From Nitrospirota bacterium (lineage in GTDB: Bacteria > Nitrospirota > UBA9217), in contig CAWJQQ010000009.1 of NCBI GenBank assembly GCA_963845065.1, positions 896,001-960,000 of the forward strand: a stretch of 64,000 nt of DNA, given 5' to 3'. The notes beneath the pieces were generated by a model that saw only the letters and a list, made by a program, of their open reading frames with translations, searched no databases and had not been told where the DNA came from. Positions 20,268-30,763 of this stretch are shown here, piece after piece (the first letter of the stretch is position 1; every line of letters begins with the position of its first letter). Position numbers and translations under genes: made by a program.

Positions 20268-21954
20268 CAACCTCTCCGCAGAAAGCCACTGGTTTTAACC
20301 ATGGGGATGAATGCGGGAACTTTGTTTTTCGGCAATTAATAGCCAAATGTACATCTATGTGGTATATTTGAGCAACCAATGCCTCGTAAACGTAAACCTA
20401 AAACCCCATCTTTTGTACACGAGTTCCAACTCGTAGTGACTCCAAAGGATAATCGAACGCTAGATGTCCGGCTCGAAGCTGGCCGTTATCTGTACAATGC
20501 CTGTCTTGGTGAAGCGATGAAGCGTCTTGCCGCCATGCGTCGATCCCCAAAATGGCTCGTGGCGGTCACGAAGAAGAAAAGCAAGCTTCGCACCAAGATG
20601 TTTAAGACAGCCAGAAACAAGGCTGAATATACCGAATACCACATTCACAACTACGTCGGTATCCTACGTAACTCCTGCTGGATCGGAGACCATATTGACA
20701 GCCTGGCCGCCCAAAAGATAGCGACCAGGTCGTTTAATGCCGTTGCTGACTACGAGCTCGGGAAGCATGGGAAACCACGGTTCAAGCGTCGTGGCTGGAT
20801 GTCTTCGCTCGAAGGTAAAAACAACAAGTCTGGTATTCGGTGGTGCGATGACCATGTTGAATGGTCTGGACTTAGCCTTACCTGTGTCTTCGACAAAAAA
20901 GACAAGTTTGGCGTTCAGGCACATGCGCTTAGCCATGATGTTAAATATGTTCGTTTGGTGAAGAAAACCATCTGCGGTAACGCCTGCTGGTTCGCCCAAC
21001 TCGTGCTTAAAGGCACGGCCAGGATCAAGCGTGAGAACCAGATCGGCACTGAAACGGTCGGCCTTGATATTGGTCCCTCCACGGGTGCTATCGTTAGCGA
21101 TACCGATGCGTTGCTCGTAGCATTTTGTCCGGAAGTCGAGATTCCGTACAAACAAATCCGCGTGGTTCAGCGTAAGATGGCCAGAAGCCTGAGGGCTGCC
21201 AACCCGGACAACCACAACGAAGACGGTACGGCTAAGACTGGTGCCGGCAAGGGTAAAAAGCGGTGGATATTCTCTGCTAAATACCGTGCGCTTAAGGCTG
21301 AACTAGCCGAGCTACAGCGAGTTTTGGCTGAAACCAGAAAACGGGCTCATGGCAAGTTAGCCAATGAAATTCTTAAGCTCGGAACCAACATAAAGACCGA
21401 GAAACTGTCGTACAGAGCATTCCAGAAACTCTATGGTAAAAGTATTTCAAGACGCGCTCCGGGGATGTTTATTTCGATGCTTCGCCGCAAAGCCGAAAAC
21501 GCTGGCGGTAAAGTAACTGAATTTTCTACCCGGAGCACGAAGCTTTCCCAGACATGCCACTGCGGGGAAGTAGCCAAAAAACCGCTATCCCAAAGATGGC
21601 ATGACTGTAACTGCGGGGTAAACGCTCAACGCGATCTCTACTCCGCATATCTTGCAAAATATGTTTTTGAAAATGTCCTCGACACGCGTCAAGCCGCAGC
21701 AGCTTGGCCGGGTGCAAACCTGCTCCTGGAACGGGCGGTGTTGAGGGTGCAGTTTGAAGCGGCAAATGGCCGGATTCATCCGGCCAGCTTCGGTATTAAC
21801 AACATGAGAGCCAACACCACGAACCGGAGACAGAGTTGCTTGCCCGTTAAAAACGGATCAACGATAGTCGATGCCGGCAACCTCTGTATTGTTGCCGGAA
21901 AGCCTGTCGGTATTGCCGTTAGAACCCCCTGTCTTTAGACATGGGGTAGGTCAG
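20268..21954 (+). mobile_element. tnpB-only IS200/IS605 element (IS1341-like organisation)
   Basis: TTAC then left end with AAAG guide and hairpin; right end GAAC-hairpin-TCAG. Confidence 0.93.
20379..21938 (+). CDS. tnpB: RNA-guided endonuclease TnpB (519 aa, RuvC D-E-D intact)
   Basis: 'YLYNACL', 'VGLDIGP', 'KTEKL', CHC/CNC Zn finger, 'QRDLYSA'. Confidence 0.93.
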   Translation: MPRKRKPKTPSFVHEFQLVVTPKDNRTLDVRLEAGRYLYNACLGEAMKRLAAMRRSPKWLVAVTKKKSKLRTKMFKTARNKAEYTEYHIHNYVGILRNSCWIGDHIDSLAAQKIATRSFNAVADYELGKHGKPRFKRRGWMSSLEGKNNKSGIRWCDDHVEWSGLSLTCVFDKKDKFGVQAHALSHDVKYVRLVKKTICGNACWFAQLVLKGTARIKRENQIGTETVGLDIGPSTGAIVSDTDALLVAFCPEVEIPYKQIRVVQRKMARSLRAANPDNHNEDGTAKTGAGKGKKRWIFSAKYRALKAELAELQRVLAETRKRAHGKLANEILKLGTNIKTEKLSYRAFQKLYGKSISRRAPGMFISMLRRKAENAGGKVTEFSTRSTKLSQTCHCGEVAKKPLSQRWHDCNCGVNAQRDLYSAYLAKYVFENVLDTRQAAAAWPGANLLLERAVLRVQFEAANGRIHPASFGINNMRANTTNRRQSCLPVKNGSTIVDAGNLCIVAGKPVGIAVRTPCL

Positions 21955-22001
21955 GGAAAGGATTGAGGAGTTTAATGAAAAGTGGCTTCTATCAATTCTT
22001 A

Positions 22002-22319
22002 TCACGTGAGGCTAAATCCCGCTTTTTTCCATCCTTCAACACCGCCGGCCAAAACCTTTACATTCGAATATCCCTTATCCATATATTCCGCTGCCCGACC
22101 GGCAGCGCTCGCCTCTTTAGGTCAGCCACAATAAAAGATGATTTCCTGATCCTTGGACAAGGCGGGAAGACGAGTCTTGAACTCCTGCAGCGAAATAGCG
22201 TCCTGCAGATGCATTCCCCTGAACTTATCCTCGTTCTCGTATGCGCATACGAGAATGGCTTCTCCCGATGTTACTTTTGTGTGAGTCTCTTCTGCAGGAA
22301 TTCGTATTGGCTCGGACAT
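22002..22319 (-). CDS. rhodanese-related selenoprotein (Sec UGA at 22124-22122), cytoplasmic
   Basis: FYCG-UGA continues as PKEASAAGRAAEYMDKGYSNVKVLAGGVEGWKKAGFSLT; CGCUGCC/GGCAGCG hairpin at +15..+33; alternative start 22331. Confidence 0.85.
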
Positions 22320-22564
22320 GGTGTTCTCCATTCTCTAGATGGTTTTATTTTTAATTATAACACGGATTGAGAGTTCTCTTGTAGCCTGCTATTTGACGCC
22401 TCTTCTTTTATGGGCTATAAAGCTGGCGTCGTATTTAGGAAAAATTTTCCGGAAAGTCCTAAAGAAGGAAAATGTTGCCGCATTGTTGCTTATGAGACTT
22501 CTGAGATTGTTTTTTATAGGCCTGTTTTTTTTGATTTCTAAGAATGATGTGTTTTTAATGTATC

Positions 22565-22580
22565 TGGTATATAAATTGCT
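22565..22580 (+). promoter_or_regulatory. sigma54 promoter TGGTAT-ATAAA-TTGCT
   Basis: -24/-12 spacing, 50 bp upstream of the gene. Confidence 0.6.
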
Positions 22581-22630
22581 TACTTAGTGTTAACGTTTTT
22601 AAATGTTAATAAGAAAAGGAGGTGAACATT

Positions 22631-23017
22631 GTGTCAATACAGTCTGTAAGTAATACTGCTAATAATCCGTATTTAAGCACTCTCAACACTGACTTTCAAA
22701 ATCTTCAGAACGACATTCAGTCTTACGAGAACGCCCAGAGTTCAGGAACTTCAGGAAGTTCTACCCAGGTCACTCTTTCCCAACAGGCATTGAAACAAGC
22801 AATGTCACAAGTCCAGAATGATCTTGCCAGTCTCACACAGCAGGCGCAGGGTACGCAGGGCATTCAGGGCCATCATCATCACCACCACTATCACGGGATG
22901 GATTCCACTGACAGCGGCGGAAGCACGGGCGCAGCAACCGGCCTCTCTGCGGCCGCAAGTAACAGCTATGGCTCGCAGACTAAAAACAGCGTAAGCTCGA
23001 TTAACCTTACTGCATAA
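22631..23017 (+). CDS. low-complexity Gln/Ser-rich protein with poly-His tract
   Basis: AGGAGGTG RBS then GTG; 'GHHHHHHYHG'; followed by a terminator. Confidence 0.75.
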   Translation: MSIQSVSNTANNPYLSTLNTDFQNLQNDIQSYENAQSSGTSGSSTQVTLSQQALKQAMSQVQNDLASLTQQAQGTQGIQGHHHHHHYHGMDSTDSGGSTGAATGLSAAASNSYGSQTKNSVSSINLTA

Positions 23018-23042
23018 TTTGCTCATGATATGAAGCGAGAGA

Positions 23043-23073
23043 GGAGGGGCTTCCCCGGCCCCTCCGTATTTTT
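23043..23073 (+). terminator. intrinsic terminator
   Basis: GGAGGGGC/GCCCCTCC stem followed by a T-rich tail. Confidence 0.7.
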
Positions 23074-23150
23074 GTATGCTTTTGGTCCAACCTCTGCCAT
23101 CTGTTATCTTCTGCACGGTAATTTACCCGTCTTTATCTGAAGCAGCAATT

Positions 23151-23175
23151 AAACCTTTTCTGAAATCCCGTGTCT
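23151..23175 (+). promoter_or_regulatory. ECF-type promoter AAAC-N16-TGTCT
   Basis: Consensus spacing upstream of the Spy-like gene. Confidence 0.4.
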
Positions 23176-23258
23176 TTGCCATATGCGATGATCAAATGCG
23201 GTAAAAGCAGTGTTGTATCGGAATAATAAGTAACCATTCAAGTGAGGAGAAAAATAAG

Positions 23259-23810
23259 ATGAAGAATTGGAAGGAATCGCGAAAGTATGGTCTTTTATTC
23301 AGTGTTGCCCTGGTGTGCTTGACATTGTTGGCTGCAGTGCAGGTTTCAGCATTTGACGGGCAGAAACCTGATGGTAGGGAACCAGGCCATCCTTGCTGTT
23401 GTGATCGGGCGGCATCATGCCATGGGGCTGGTGGGTGGCAGGGGGAAATGCGCCATCATAAGCTGCACCGAATTTTGATGGCTTTTAAGAAGCTCGATCT
23501 CACAGAAGGCCAAAAATCTGAGATTCATGAGATCTGGATATCCATGAAGAAGGACATGATAAGGAAACGCGCAGACCTCAAAATCGCACAAATGGAACTC
23601 CACGGCCAGCTCCATCAGGATATGGTGGATATGCATGCAGTCGAATTGCAGGTAAAAAAGATCGAGGGTTTAAAGACCGATATGAAGCTTAATGCCATAA
23701 AGTCGTGGGAAGAAATTAAATCTAAGTTGACGCCTGACCAGCGGAAACACTTGGCTGATCTCATACGAGATTCACGGAAATGTCATGATCAACGTCACCA
23801 TGAGGGGTAA
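23259..23810 (+). CDS. Spy/CpxP (LTXXQ) periplasmic protein, His/Cys-rich
   Basis: Signal peptide; 'LDLTEGQK' and 'LTPDQR'. Confidence 0.88.
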   Translation: MKNWKESRKYGLLFSVALVCLTLLAAVQVSAFDGQKPDGREPGHPCCCDRAASCHGAGGWQGEMRHHKLHRILMAFKKLDLTEGQKSEIHEIWISMKKDMIRKRADLKIAQMELHGQLHQDMVDMHAVELQVKKIEGLKTDMKLNAIKSWEEIKSKLTPDQRKHLADLIRDSRKCHDQRHHEG

Positions 23811-24044
23811 GCAGGCATTGATCAAGGTCCGGGGCAGGCGGCTGTAGAGTGCACTGGGCTCAGCTCTTGTACCTGAATAGTAATGCAAAAAATCATGTCA
23901 AACTGCTTATTGATCTCCTTTCGTCCCATTGTCGCAAGTTTATTTTGCTACAATAAGAGTATGCGACCGCAATAGGCATTGCAATCATACGTATGGAGTG
24001 GAAGCGCATCATATTCATCAAGGGGCAAGTCAGGAGATAAATTT

Positions 24045-25055
24045 ATGGCGTTGATGAAAGCAGTGCAGGTGAACTCCCCGGGAGGCAAGTTTGAGCTGGT
24101 ACGCAAAGAGGTTCCGGAACCGAAAGAAAACGAAGTCCTGATTAAAGTTGCGGCTTGCGGCATCTGTCATGGAGATTCTGTAACAAAGGAAGGACATTTT
24201 CCCGGGATTGTCTATCCGAGGATCCCAGGGCATGAAGTGGTCGGAGTTATCGAAAAGGCAGGCCCAAGAGTCCTGAAGTGGAAACCAGGCCAAAGGGTCG
24301 GTGTAGGTTGGCATGCAGGGCATTGTTATCACTGTGACGCTTGTCGGAAGGGTGATTTTCGATCGTGTGAGAGTTTTTTGATCACCGGTATTTCAACGGA
24401 CGGAGGCTATGCGGAATACATGACGGCCCGTTCCGAGGCGTTGGTCGGCATACCGGAAGAGCTTGATTCCGTGGATGCTGCGCCGCTTCTTTGCGCAGGC
24501 CGCACCACATTTGGCGCTTTAAAAGACAGCATTGCACAAGGCGGTGATTTGGTTGCCGTACATGGTCTCGGAGGACTGGGCCATCTGGCGGTGCAATATG
24601 CGGTCAAACTCGGCTTAAAAACTGTCGTGTTGTCCCGGGGCCTAGAAAAGGAAAAGCTGGCACATAAGCTTGGGGCCCACACCTACCTTGATACCACGTC
24701 CACTGACGTTGTAAAGGAATTAAATAAGATGGGCGGAGCCCGAGTCATACTCTGTACCGCTCCAAACAGTAAGACCATCTCTGATTTAGCGGGTGGTCTC
24801 AGACGGAATGGTCAGCTCATAATCATCACTTTTGCGCCGGAGCCTATACAGATCTCTCCAGCTGTTCTTCTAAGAGGCGGTCGTTCCATCTGTGGCTACG
24901 TGGGCGGAGATATCGAAGAGGCAGTACAGTTCAGCGTCCTCTGGAAGGTTGTCCCTATGGTCGAAATATTTCGGCTTGAAGAGGCAAAGGCGGCCTATGA
25001 AAAAATGATGTCGTCGAAAGTGCACTTCCGGGCGGTTTTAAAAATGAGCAACTAG
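24045..25055 (+). CDS. zinc-dependent alcohol dehydrogenase
   Basis: 'GICHGD', GHE, structural Zn cysteines, GLGGLG. Confidence 0.95.
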   Translation: MALMKAVQVNSPGGKFELVRKEVPEPKENEVLIKVAACGICHGDSVTKEGHFPGIVYPRIPGHEVVGVIEKAGPRVLKWKPGQRVGVGWHAGHCYHCDACRKGDFRSCESFLITGISTDGGYAEYMTARSEALVGIPEELDSVDAAPLLCAGRTTFGALKDSIAQGGDLVAVHGLGGLGHLAVQYAVKLGLKTVVLSRGLEKEKLAHKLGAHTYLDTTSTDVVKELNKMGGARVILCTAPNSKTISDLAGGLRRNGQLIIITFAPEPIQISPAVLLRGGRSICGYVGGDIEEAVQFSVLWKVVPMVEIFRLEEAKAAYEKMMSSKVHFRAVLKMSN

Positions 25056-25073
25056 CAGAAAGGAGAGAACGAC

Positions 25074-25793
25074 ATGGAGGAACTTTTGCAGCTCATTCAG
25101 ACACGGCAATCAACGAGGGGGTTTTTTGATCCTGGGCGCGCAATAGACAAAAAGGACCTCCAAAATATTCTGGAAGCAGGACGATGGGCTCCAACGGCTC
25201 ATAACATGCAAAATTTTGAAATTATCGTCGTGGATGATAGAAAACTTCTGGAAAGTATTGCGAATTTAAAATATCCAACGTCCCTTACTTTTGTAAGAGA
25301 GAATTACCAGCAATTGTCTTTTTCGGAAGATGAATTGCGAAGAAAAAAAGTAGGTATTCTCGGCACCGTGTTTCCCCCTTCCTGGAGAAAGCCGAATGTT
25401 AAACCGGAAGACATTACAGAAATCGAGGAAAATCCATTCACAAAAAAAGCAATTCAATCAAGCGCTGTATTGCTTCTTGTACTCTATGACCCGAGGAGAA
25501 GGGCGCCTGCTTCGGAGGGGGATTTTCTGGGGATCATGAGCTTAGGTTGCGTCATGGAAAACATGTGGCTCGTAGCTAATTCACAGGGGATTAGCTGCCA
25601 TGTGGTCAGCTCCCTCAGCGCTGGTTCCGTACAAAAGGACTTGAGGAGTCTGCTCAGTATACCGGAGCATCTGATGCTTGCGTTTTCTCTGCGTTTGGGA
25701 TATCCGGTATCGAAGAGTGAATATCTCAGGGTACGCCGCGATATAAATGACTATACTTATAGCAACCAATATGGGAAAAGAAGTTTCGAATGA
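25074..25793 (+). CDS. nitroreductase family protein
   Basis: 'RQSTR', 'WAPTAHNMQ', 'ENMWLVA..GI', 'LGYP'. Confidence 0.9.
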   Translation: MEELLQLIQTRQSTRGFFDPGRAIDKKDLQNILEAGRWAPTAHNMQNFEIIVVDDRKLLESIANLKYPTSLTFVRENYQQLSFSEDELRRKKVGILGTVFPPSWRKPNVKPEDITEIEENPFTKKAIQSSAVLLLVLYDPRRRAPASEGDFLGIMSLGCVMENMWLVANSQGISCHVVSSLSAGSVQKDLRSLLSIPEHLMLAFSLRLGYPVSKSEYLRVRRDINDYTYSNQYGKRSFE

Positions 25794-26041
25794 AAAGAAT
25801 GGAATCGCACAAGTGGATTTAGACAATCTGATGACGCCCTCCCTCCGATAAAGCATGTGGGGTTACCTGCGCCATTCTGAGTTTGCTAGGAAGTAAAATG
25901 TTGTATCTCTGGGCCTCAACACTGTAGTGCCCGCAGAAGTAGCGACTGTATATCTGTTCCTCTGACGATGATGGCGTTTTCCTTCTTCTGAACCTACAGA
26001 GTTACAACCCGAATCCAGCGTTACTTATATTTGGGCCTCAC

Positions 26042-26785
26042 ATGGTTAAGAGTACCATAGTAAGTTTATTTTTTCTCCTGATTTACGTGAATACATCTTG
26101 GGCTGGGCCTCCGTTCCGCACTGACGACCCAGAGCCTGTTGATTATAAGCATGGAGAATTTTACATAGCCACGCAGTACGAAAAAGACAAGGATGTAACA
26201 TATGGCACCGCTCCGCATATTGAGCTGAACTATGGAGTAGTACCTAATGTGATGGTCCACTTGATCGCTCCCTATGCGTTCAATGAGCCGGAGGGTGTTT
26301 CAACTAAACGCGGGTATGGAGACACGGAGGTTGGAATCAAATATCGTTTCGTTAACTGTGAGGATGAACACTTTATGGTAGGAACATTTCCTCTCGTAGA
26401 ACTGCCTACCGGTGATAGTGATCAGGGGTTGGGAGCGGGACATACCACGTATTTCGTTCCCCTTTGGATTCAGAAGAGCTGGGAGCCATGGGAATCCTAT
26501 GGCGGCGGAGGCTTCTGGCGAAACCGCGGTGCCGGGAACAAAGACTATTGGTTTTTTGGCTGGGAACTGCAACGCGCAATAACCACAATGCTGACACTTG
26601 GTGCCGAATTGTTCAACCAAACCAAGACAACGGAAGATGGAATAACTCGAACGGGGTTCACTCTGGGAGCAATTGTTAATTTAACAGAATATCACCATCT
26701 GCTCTTTTCTGGTGGACGTGATATCCATGGTGAAAGTAGCTTCTCGGCTTACCTTGCATACCAGTACACATTTGGACATCATTAG
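26042..26785 (+). CDS. outer-membrane beta-barrel (transporter-like)
   Basis: Signal peptide; 'GPPFRTDDPEP', 'GYGDTEVG.KYR', 'LPTG'; C-terminal YQYTF. Confidence 0.8.
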   Translation: MVKSTIVSLFFLLIYVNTSWAGPPFRTDDPEPVDYKHGEFYIATQYEKDKDVTYGTAPHIELNYGVVPNVMVHLIAPYAFNEPEGVSTKRGYGDTEVGIKYRFVNCEDEHFMVGTFPLVELPTGDSDQGLGAGHTTYFVPLWIQKSWEPWESYGGGGFWRNRGAGNKDYWFFGWELQRAITTMLTLGAELFNQTKTTEDGITRTGFTLGAIVNLTEYHHLLFSGGRDIHGESSFSAYLAYQYTFGHH

Positions 26786-26893
26786 GAGAAAAAGTAAAAG
26801 AAAATCATCCGCAACGTCGAATCCCTGCTGGACAGAAAAATTGTCACGTCTGTCGCAAATTAACGATTCGATTATGGAAATTAACAATTACGG

Positions 26894-27328
26894 GTGAAAA
26901 GCTGGCACAATATAACTATGAGCTGGAAAATCACAAATATGCAAACACGCCTTAAGTTTATCAGCGCCCTTATTCTTCTGGTCGGCTTGGGAAGTGCCAT
27001 CTTGATTTATCTGACTGCTGAAAATGATTCAGGCAACACTTTGGGATATGAAGTAGTGGGCGGAAGTGCGTATCCTAGTGCTCCTGAAAATTCTAAGATG
27101 TATGAACATGATTTGGAACTCTATGGTGGTAAGGCGGCTGTACTTACGAATGAGTTCAGGTATTGGTTTGTCGGGTTATGGCACGGAAGATCGCTTGCAT
27201 TCACAATTGTCTGCATTTCCTTTTTTATCTCTTTGGGAGTTTTCTTTGCTGGTACTCATTTACCATCCGGCTTAAAATCTGATGCCCGAGGTGAAAACAA
27301 TCGAAACGGAAAATATTTTAAACCATAA
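26894..27328 (+). CDS. hypothetical membrane protein
   Basis: Two TM helices; 'YEHDLELYGGKAAVL' motif; start uncertain. Confidence 0.7.
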   Translation: MKSWHNITMSWKITNMQTRLKFISALILLVGLGSAILIYLTAENDSGNTLGYEVVGGSAYPSAPENSKMYEHDLELYGGKAAVLTNEFRYWFVGLWHGRSLAFTIVCISFFISLGVFFAGTHLPSGLKSDARGENNRNGKYFKP

Positions 27329-27377
27329 CCCTATGAAGTGGCGAATAAAGACAGAAAAATGTCGCGTCGGATTTTAT

Positions 27378-28858
27378 CTCAATGCGCCGTAAGACCCCGG
27401 CCGTAGGCCGGGGATATAAGGCGCTGGTTGTGGAGAAAACAAAGAATTGCTATTTTCACGATACATTGACAGTTGTTCACCTTCCTGATATAATTGCGTT
27501 CATGTCTGATTCAGCCCAAGATTCCTCTGTACAAACCATGACTGTCGTTGGTAAAGCATTGGTATCGGACGACAGCACCGCTCTATCGCTCGGGCTGCTT
27601 GGTTTTTCCGCAACGAAACTTTGGAACACCGCGGTATGGCATACCAGAAAAGTCTGGGCGGGCACAGGGAAAATCCCTACCTACCCCGGAGCTTGATATC
27701 GCTCTTAAACAAGAGCATCCGCTCTGGTATCGCCGGCTGCACTCCCAGAGCTCTCAGACAATCCTGGAAGAGCTTCGGCAGTCCTATCAATCATGGTTTG
27801 CACTCCGTAAGAAAGGAGATAAGAAAGCCAACCCCCCTGGTTTCAGACGAAAAACTGATCTGTCAACGGTGGCATTCAAACAAAGAGCCGTCACGTGGAA
27901 TGAGCGTACCTCCACGGTGCGCCTCAGCATCCCGAAGGACATCTACGGAAAACAATTTCTCTTTCTGAAGCTCCGCATTCCTAACGGCACCCATCTTACC
28001 GAGGACAATGTCCAGATAGGACATGATAAAGGCATGTGGTTTGTCCACCTGGTCTATACGATAACGCTCCCCGTATTGAAAGGAGAAGGGGAAACGATGG
28101 CAGCCGATCTTGGTATGAAGGATATGGCTGCCACAGCATGCACGGATGGAAGCACCTCCCTTTGGTCAGGTGGTGAGTTGGCCGCTCTCGAGCGGTACTT
28201 TGAAATGCAAAAGTCAAAGACGACCAACAGCAAGTCCCGGAAATCAGGTGCGTTGAACCAGAAACGGTCTCGTCAGCGTTCCCACCTGCTCCACAGCTTT
28301 ACCAAATCTCTTGTCCGCGATGCAGAAGCTCGCGGTGTCTCCACGATCATCGTGGGGGACCTGAAGGACATCAGAGAAGGCAAAGATTGGGAAAAGAGCG
28401 GAAACCAGCAGTTCCATAAATGGCCGTTTGACCGGATCGTCAGGATGCTTACGTACAAAGCCAGACTCAAAGGCATCCGCGTTGTAGAAGAACAGGAGCA
28501 CTACACGAGCCAGACCTGCTGTGTATGCAACACAAGGGATAAGGCCAGCCGTGTGCATCGTGGCCTCTACATTTGCAAGCATTGCGGCGCCGTAATCCAT
28601 GCTGACGTGAACGGAGCAATCAACATTCTTAAAAAGTATCTCCCGGAACACAAAGGTGTCTCCTGGAGTAGTGGCTGTTTGGCACAGCCTTCGGTCAACC
28701 GGTTCGCCTGGAGAAATACCAGGCCAGCAGCATCAGCCCATGAACCGGGGACGTGGCAAACATCTCTGCCGCATCCGAAAACAGAATCAGCATTGGCTCT
28801 CAGTAGTATGAGAGCCTGATTCGGGAATCCCCGTCAGTGAGGCCAGGGAGGATGTCAA
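27378..28858 (+). mobile_element. tnpB-only IS200/IS605 element
   Basis: TTAT then left end (AAGA guide plus hairpin); right end GAAT-hairpin-TCAA. Confidence 0.88.
27502..28819 (+). pseudogene. tnpB: tnpB with a single frameshift near 27684-27688
   Basis: 'KLWNTA..GKIPTYP' switches frame to 'ELDIALK..'; 'AADLG', 'TSQTC', 'HADVNGAINI'. Confidence 0.85.
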
Positions 28859-29245
28859 CTAAGCTATTGAGTCTGGAGATGAAGTTGATATATTCAGGTT
28901 ACAACATGAAATGATAATCACTTGTAGTAATTACTCGGTTTGGTTTCGAATCTACCGTCACCACTTCCCTGCCAAACGGATGTGCGGCATCATCTCATTG
29001 GCGTTTTCGTCCAGTTGTTTTTGAATTACTTTAAATGCATTCATGCAGACAACATGAAGCCTGTGCAAGTAGTACGAACATAAAAAATAGGGAACAAGGA
29101 TGTATCCCTGATCCCCGAATCTTCAAAAAGTTTTCGTGATGCTGGATGTCTGTTGGCATCCGAGTCACGCTGCAATCACCTTCAGCTCCTGATATAATCA
29201 TGCATTGGCGTTATGTTCCGTTGCTAAAGAAAATAGCACGCAGGA

Positions 29246-29584
29246 TTAATTTCTTATCTCCCGACTGTTCTTGTTTTCCTGCTGGTTTAGTGTTCTCTGT
29301 TCCTGTTTGGTAATATGCCCGCCATTCTGTTTAGCCATACCCCGCTCTTCCTGACGCATATTTCTATCTTCCTTGTGAAGATTCCTTGCTTGCACTTTAG
29401 TCATCTGCCCATCTTTAACTTTACTGTTGATACGACGGTTTTGATTCTTCAGGCGTTTATTCACTTCGTGCCGACGTGGATGATTTATTGCCCAGCCCGA
29501 CTCGGCAAAAACACTTGCCATGTTACCGAGCAGAAAAATTGTTACAACCATTAGTATGAATGCCATCGTAAGCCTTCTTATCAT
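29246..29584 (-). CDS. secreted basic helical-repeat protein
   Basis: AGGAGG RBS; signal peptide; 'HPRR.EVN.RL.NQ.RRI' and 'GGHITKQEQRTLN'. Confidence 0.8.
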   Translation of the reverse strand: MIRRLTMAFILMVVTIFLLGNMASVFAESGWAINHPRRHEVNKRLKNQNRRINSKVKDGQMTKVQARNLHKEDRNMRQEERGMAKQNGGHITKQEQRTLNQQENKNSREIRN

Positions 29585-30078
29585 ATTTTACTACCTCCTT
29601 GTCCGTGTCCTGATTTTGAACTTGAATAATGTGTCATTGATCACAGTGGATTATTCGTGGTTCCTCTAATTTATTTTTGTTAATGGTTCTATTTATCGCT
29701 GCATTAAGCTGTTGCACTACGGATGATGCTGTTTTGAAGATCATTACTGTGTGTGCTTTTGTCTTGATTGCTTCGTTGCTTGGTTTTATTTCATCAGTTT
29801 TTGGCACTGGTGCAGGTTGAGGCCTGATTTACCACTGCCAGATTAGCAGCACTTAGGTTTTGCATTCATCAAATCCAATTATTATTTACGAAAATATTCC
29901 AGTATGCTCTGTGTTTTGACACATGGACGAATAGCATCTTTGCCAAGGAGTAATTAGGGTAATTAGGATGGCTGGAAACCACCTTAATCCTTCGAGGCCA
30001 TCGGCGTAGCCGTGGCCTGTCCAGCATCTTCCTGCTATGCTAACATGCCACGCGTCTTGATGCAGTGTTCTTGACTTA

Positions 30079-30106
30079 TTATCGGCATATTGGTCATAAT
30101 TCTTTA
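30079..30106 (-). promoter_or_regulatory. sigma28 promoter TAAAGAAT-N12-GCCGATAA
   Basis: Perfect -10 box; same spacing as the other three sites. Confidence 0.65.
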
Positions 30107-30763
30107 ATTACAATGATATTACCTTGATTTTATTATCTAAATAATCCTTATCATTATTCGCTCACTACGCTACATTTGGGCAAAGCAAACATCATTCTAA
30201 TTTATTGTGAGGTAACTGAACTCGATAAGTTTCTGCTCGAGAATCGTGACTAGTTCAAACGAATCTGCAGGGGTTAGGGTATTAGCAGGTCTCAGGACGA
30301 AAGATGATTTACTCTCATTAACACACATGAGATTGACTCATATGGTGTAAATTCTCAAATTATTCCGCCTGATTTTCTCAGAATCGTTTAGACCTTTCAG
30401 ATTCATCTGGCTCTTTTTATAGCTTTGATTTTCATTAGATTAATGTCAGTCGCTCTGATGCGCTTGGTTGCTCAATAGTAGCCCTGTCCGAGCAAAGACA
30501 TGATTTATGGCAATTTTCCTGATAAGCAAGCCGTTTGGTCTGACGTAATTGAAATGGTTATGTCATTTTGAGAAAATAGGGCGAAATAGCGTGAGAGCCT
30601 ACATATGGAGTGAAATGGTATCTTAAAGAAAATCGCTCAATTAAATCTACTCAACAGGTGCATTAACGTTGAATGCTTAGACAAACATTTAAGATTGTAT
30701 TCTATCTTACTGTCGCCCTATTCTTCGGTATCATTATTACTCTTGTAACCGACAGCATCGAAA

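Noticed and set aside
20379..21938. Nuclease-dead TnpB (TldR-like repressor)
   Set aside because: RuvC D-E-D residues are present here and in 54885-56402
21963..22370. 135-aa plus-strand ORF
   Set aside because: Shadow of the minus-strand selenoprotein gene
25790..25845. Fluoride riboswitch (CTGATGAC motif)
   Set aside because: No complementary 5' strand for the pseudoknot
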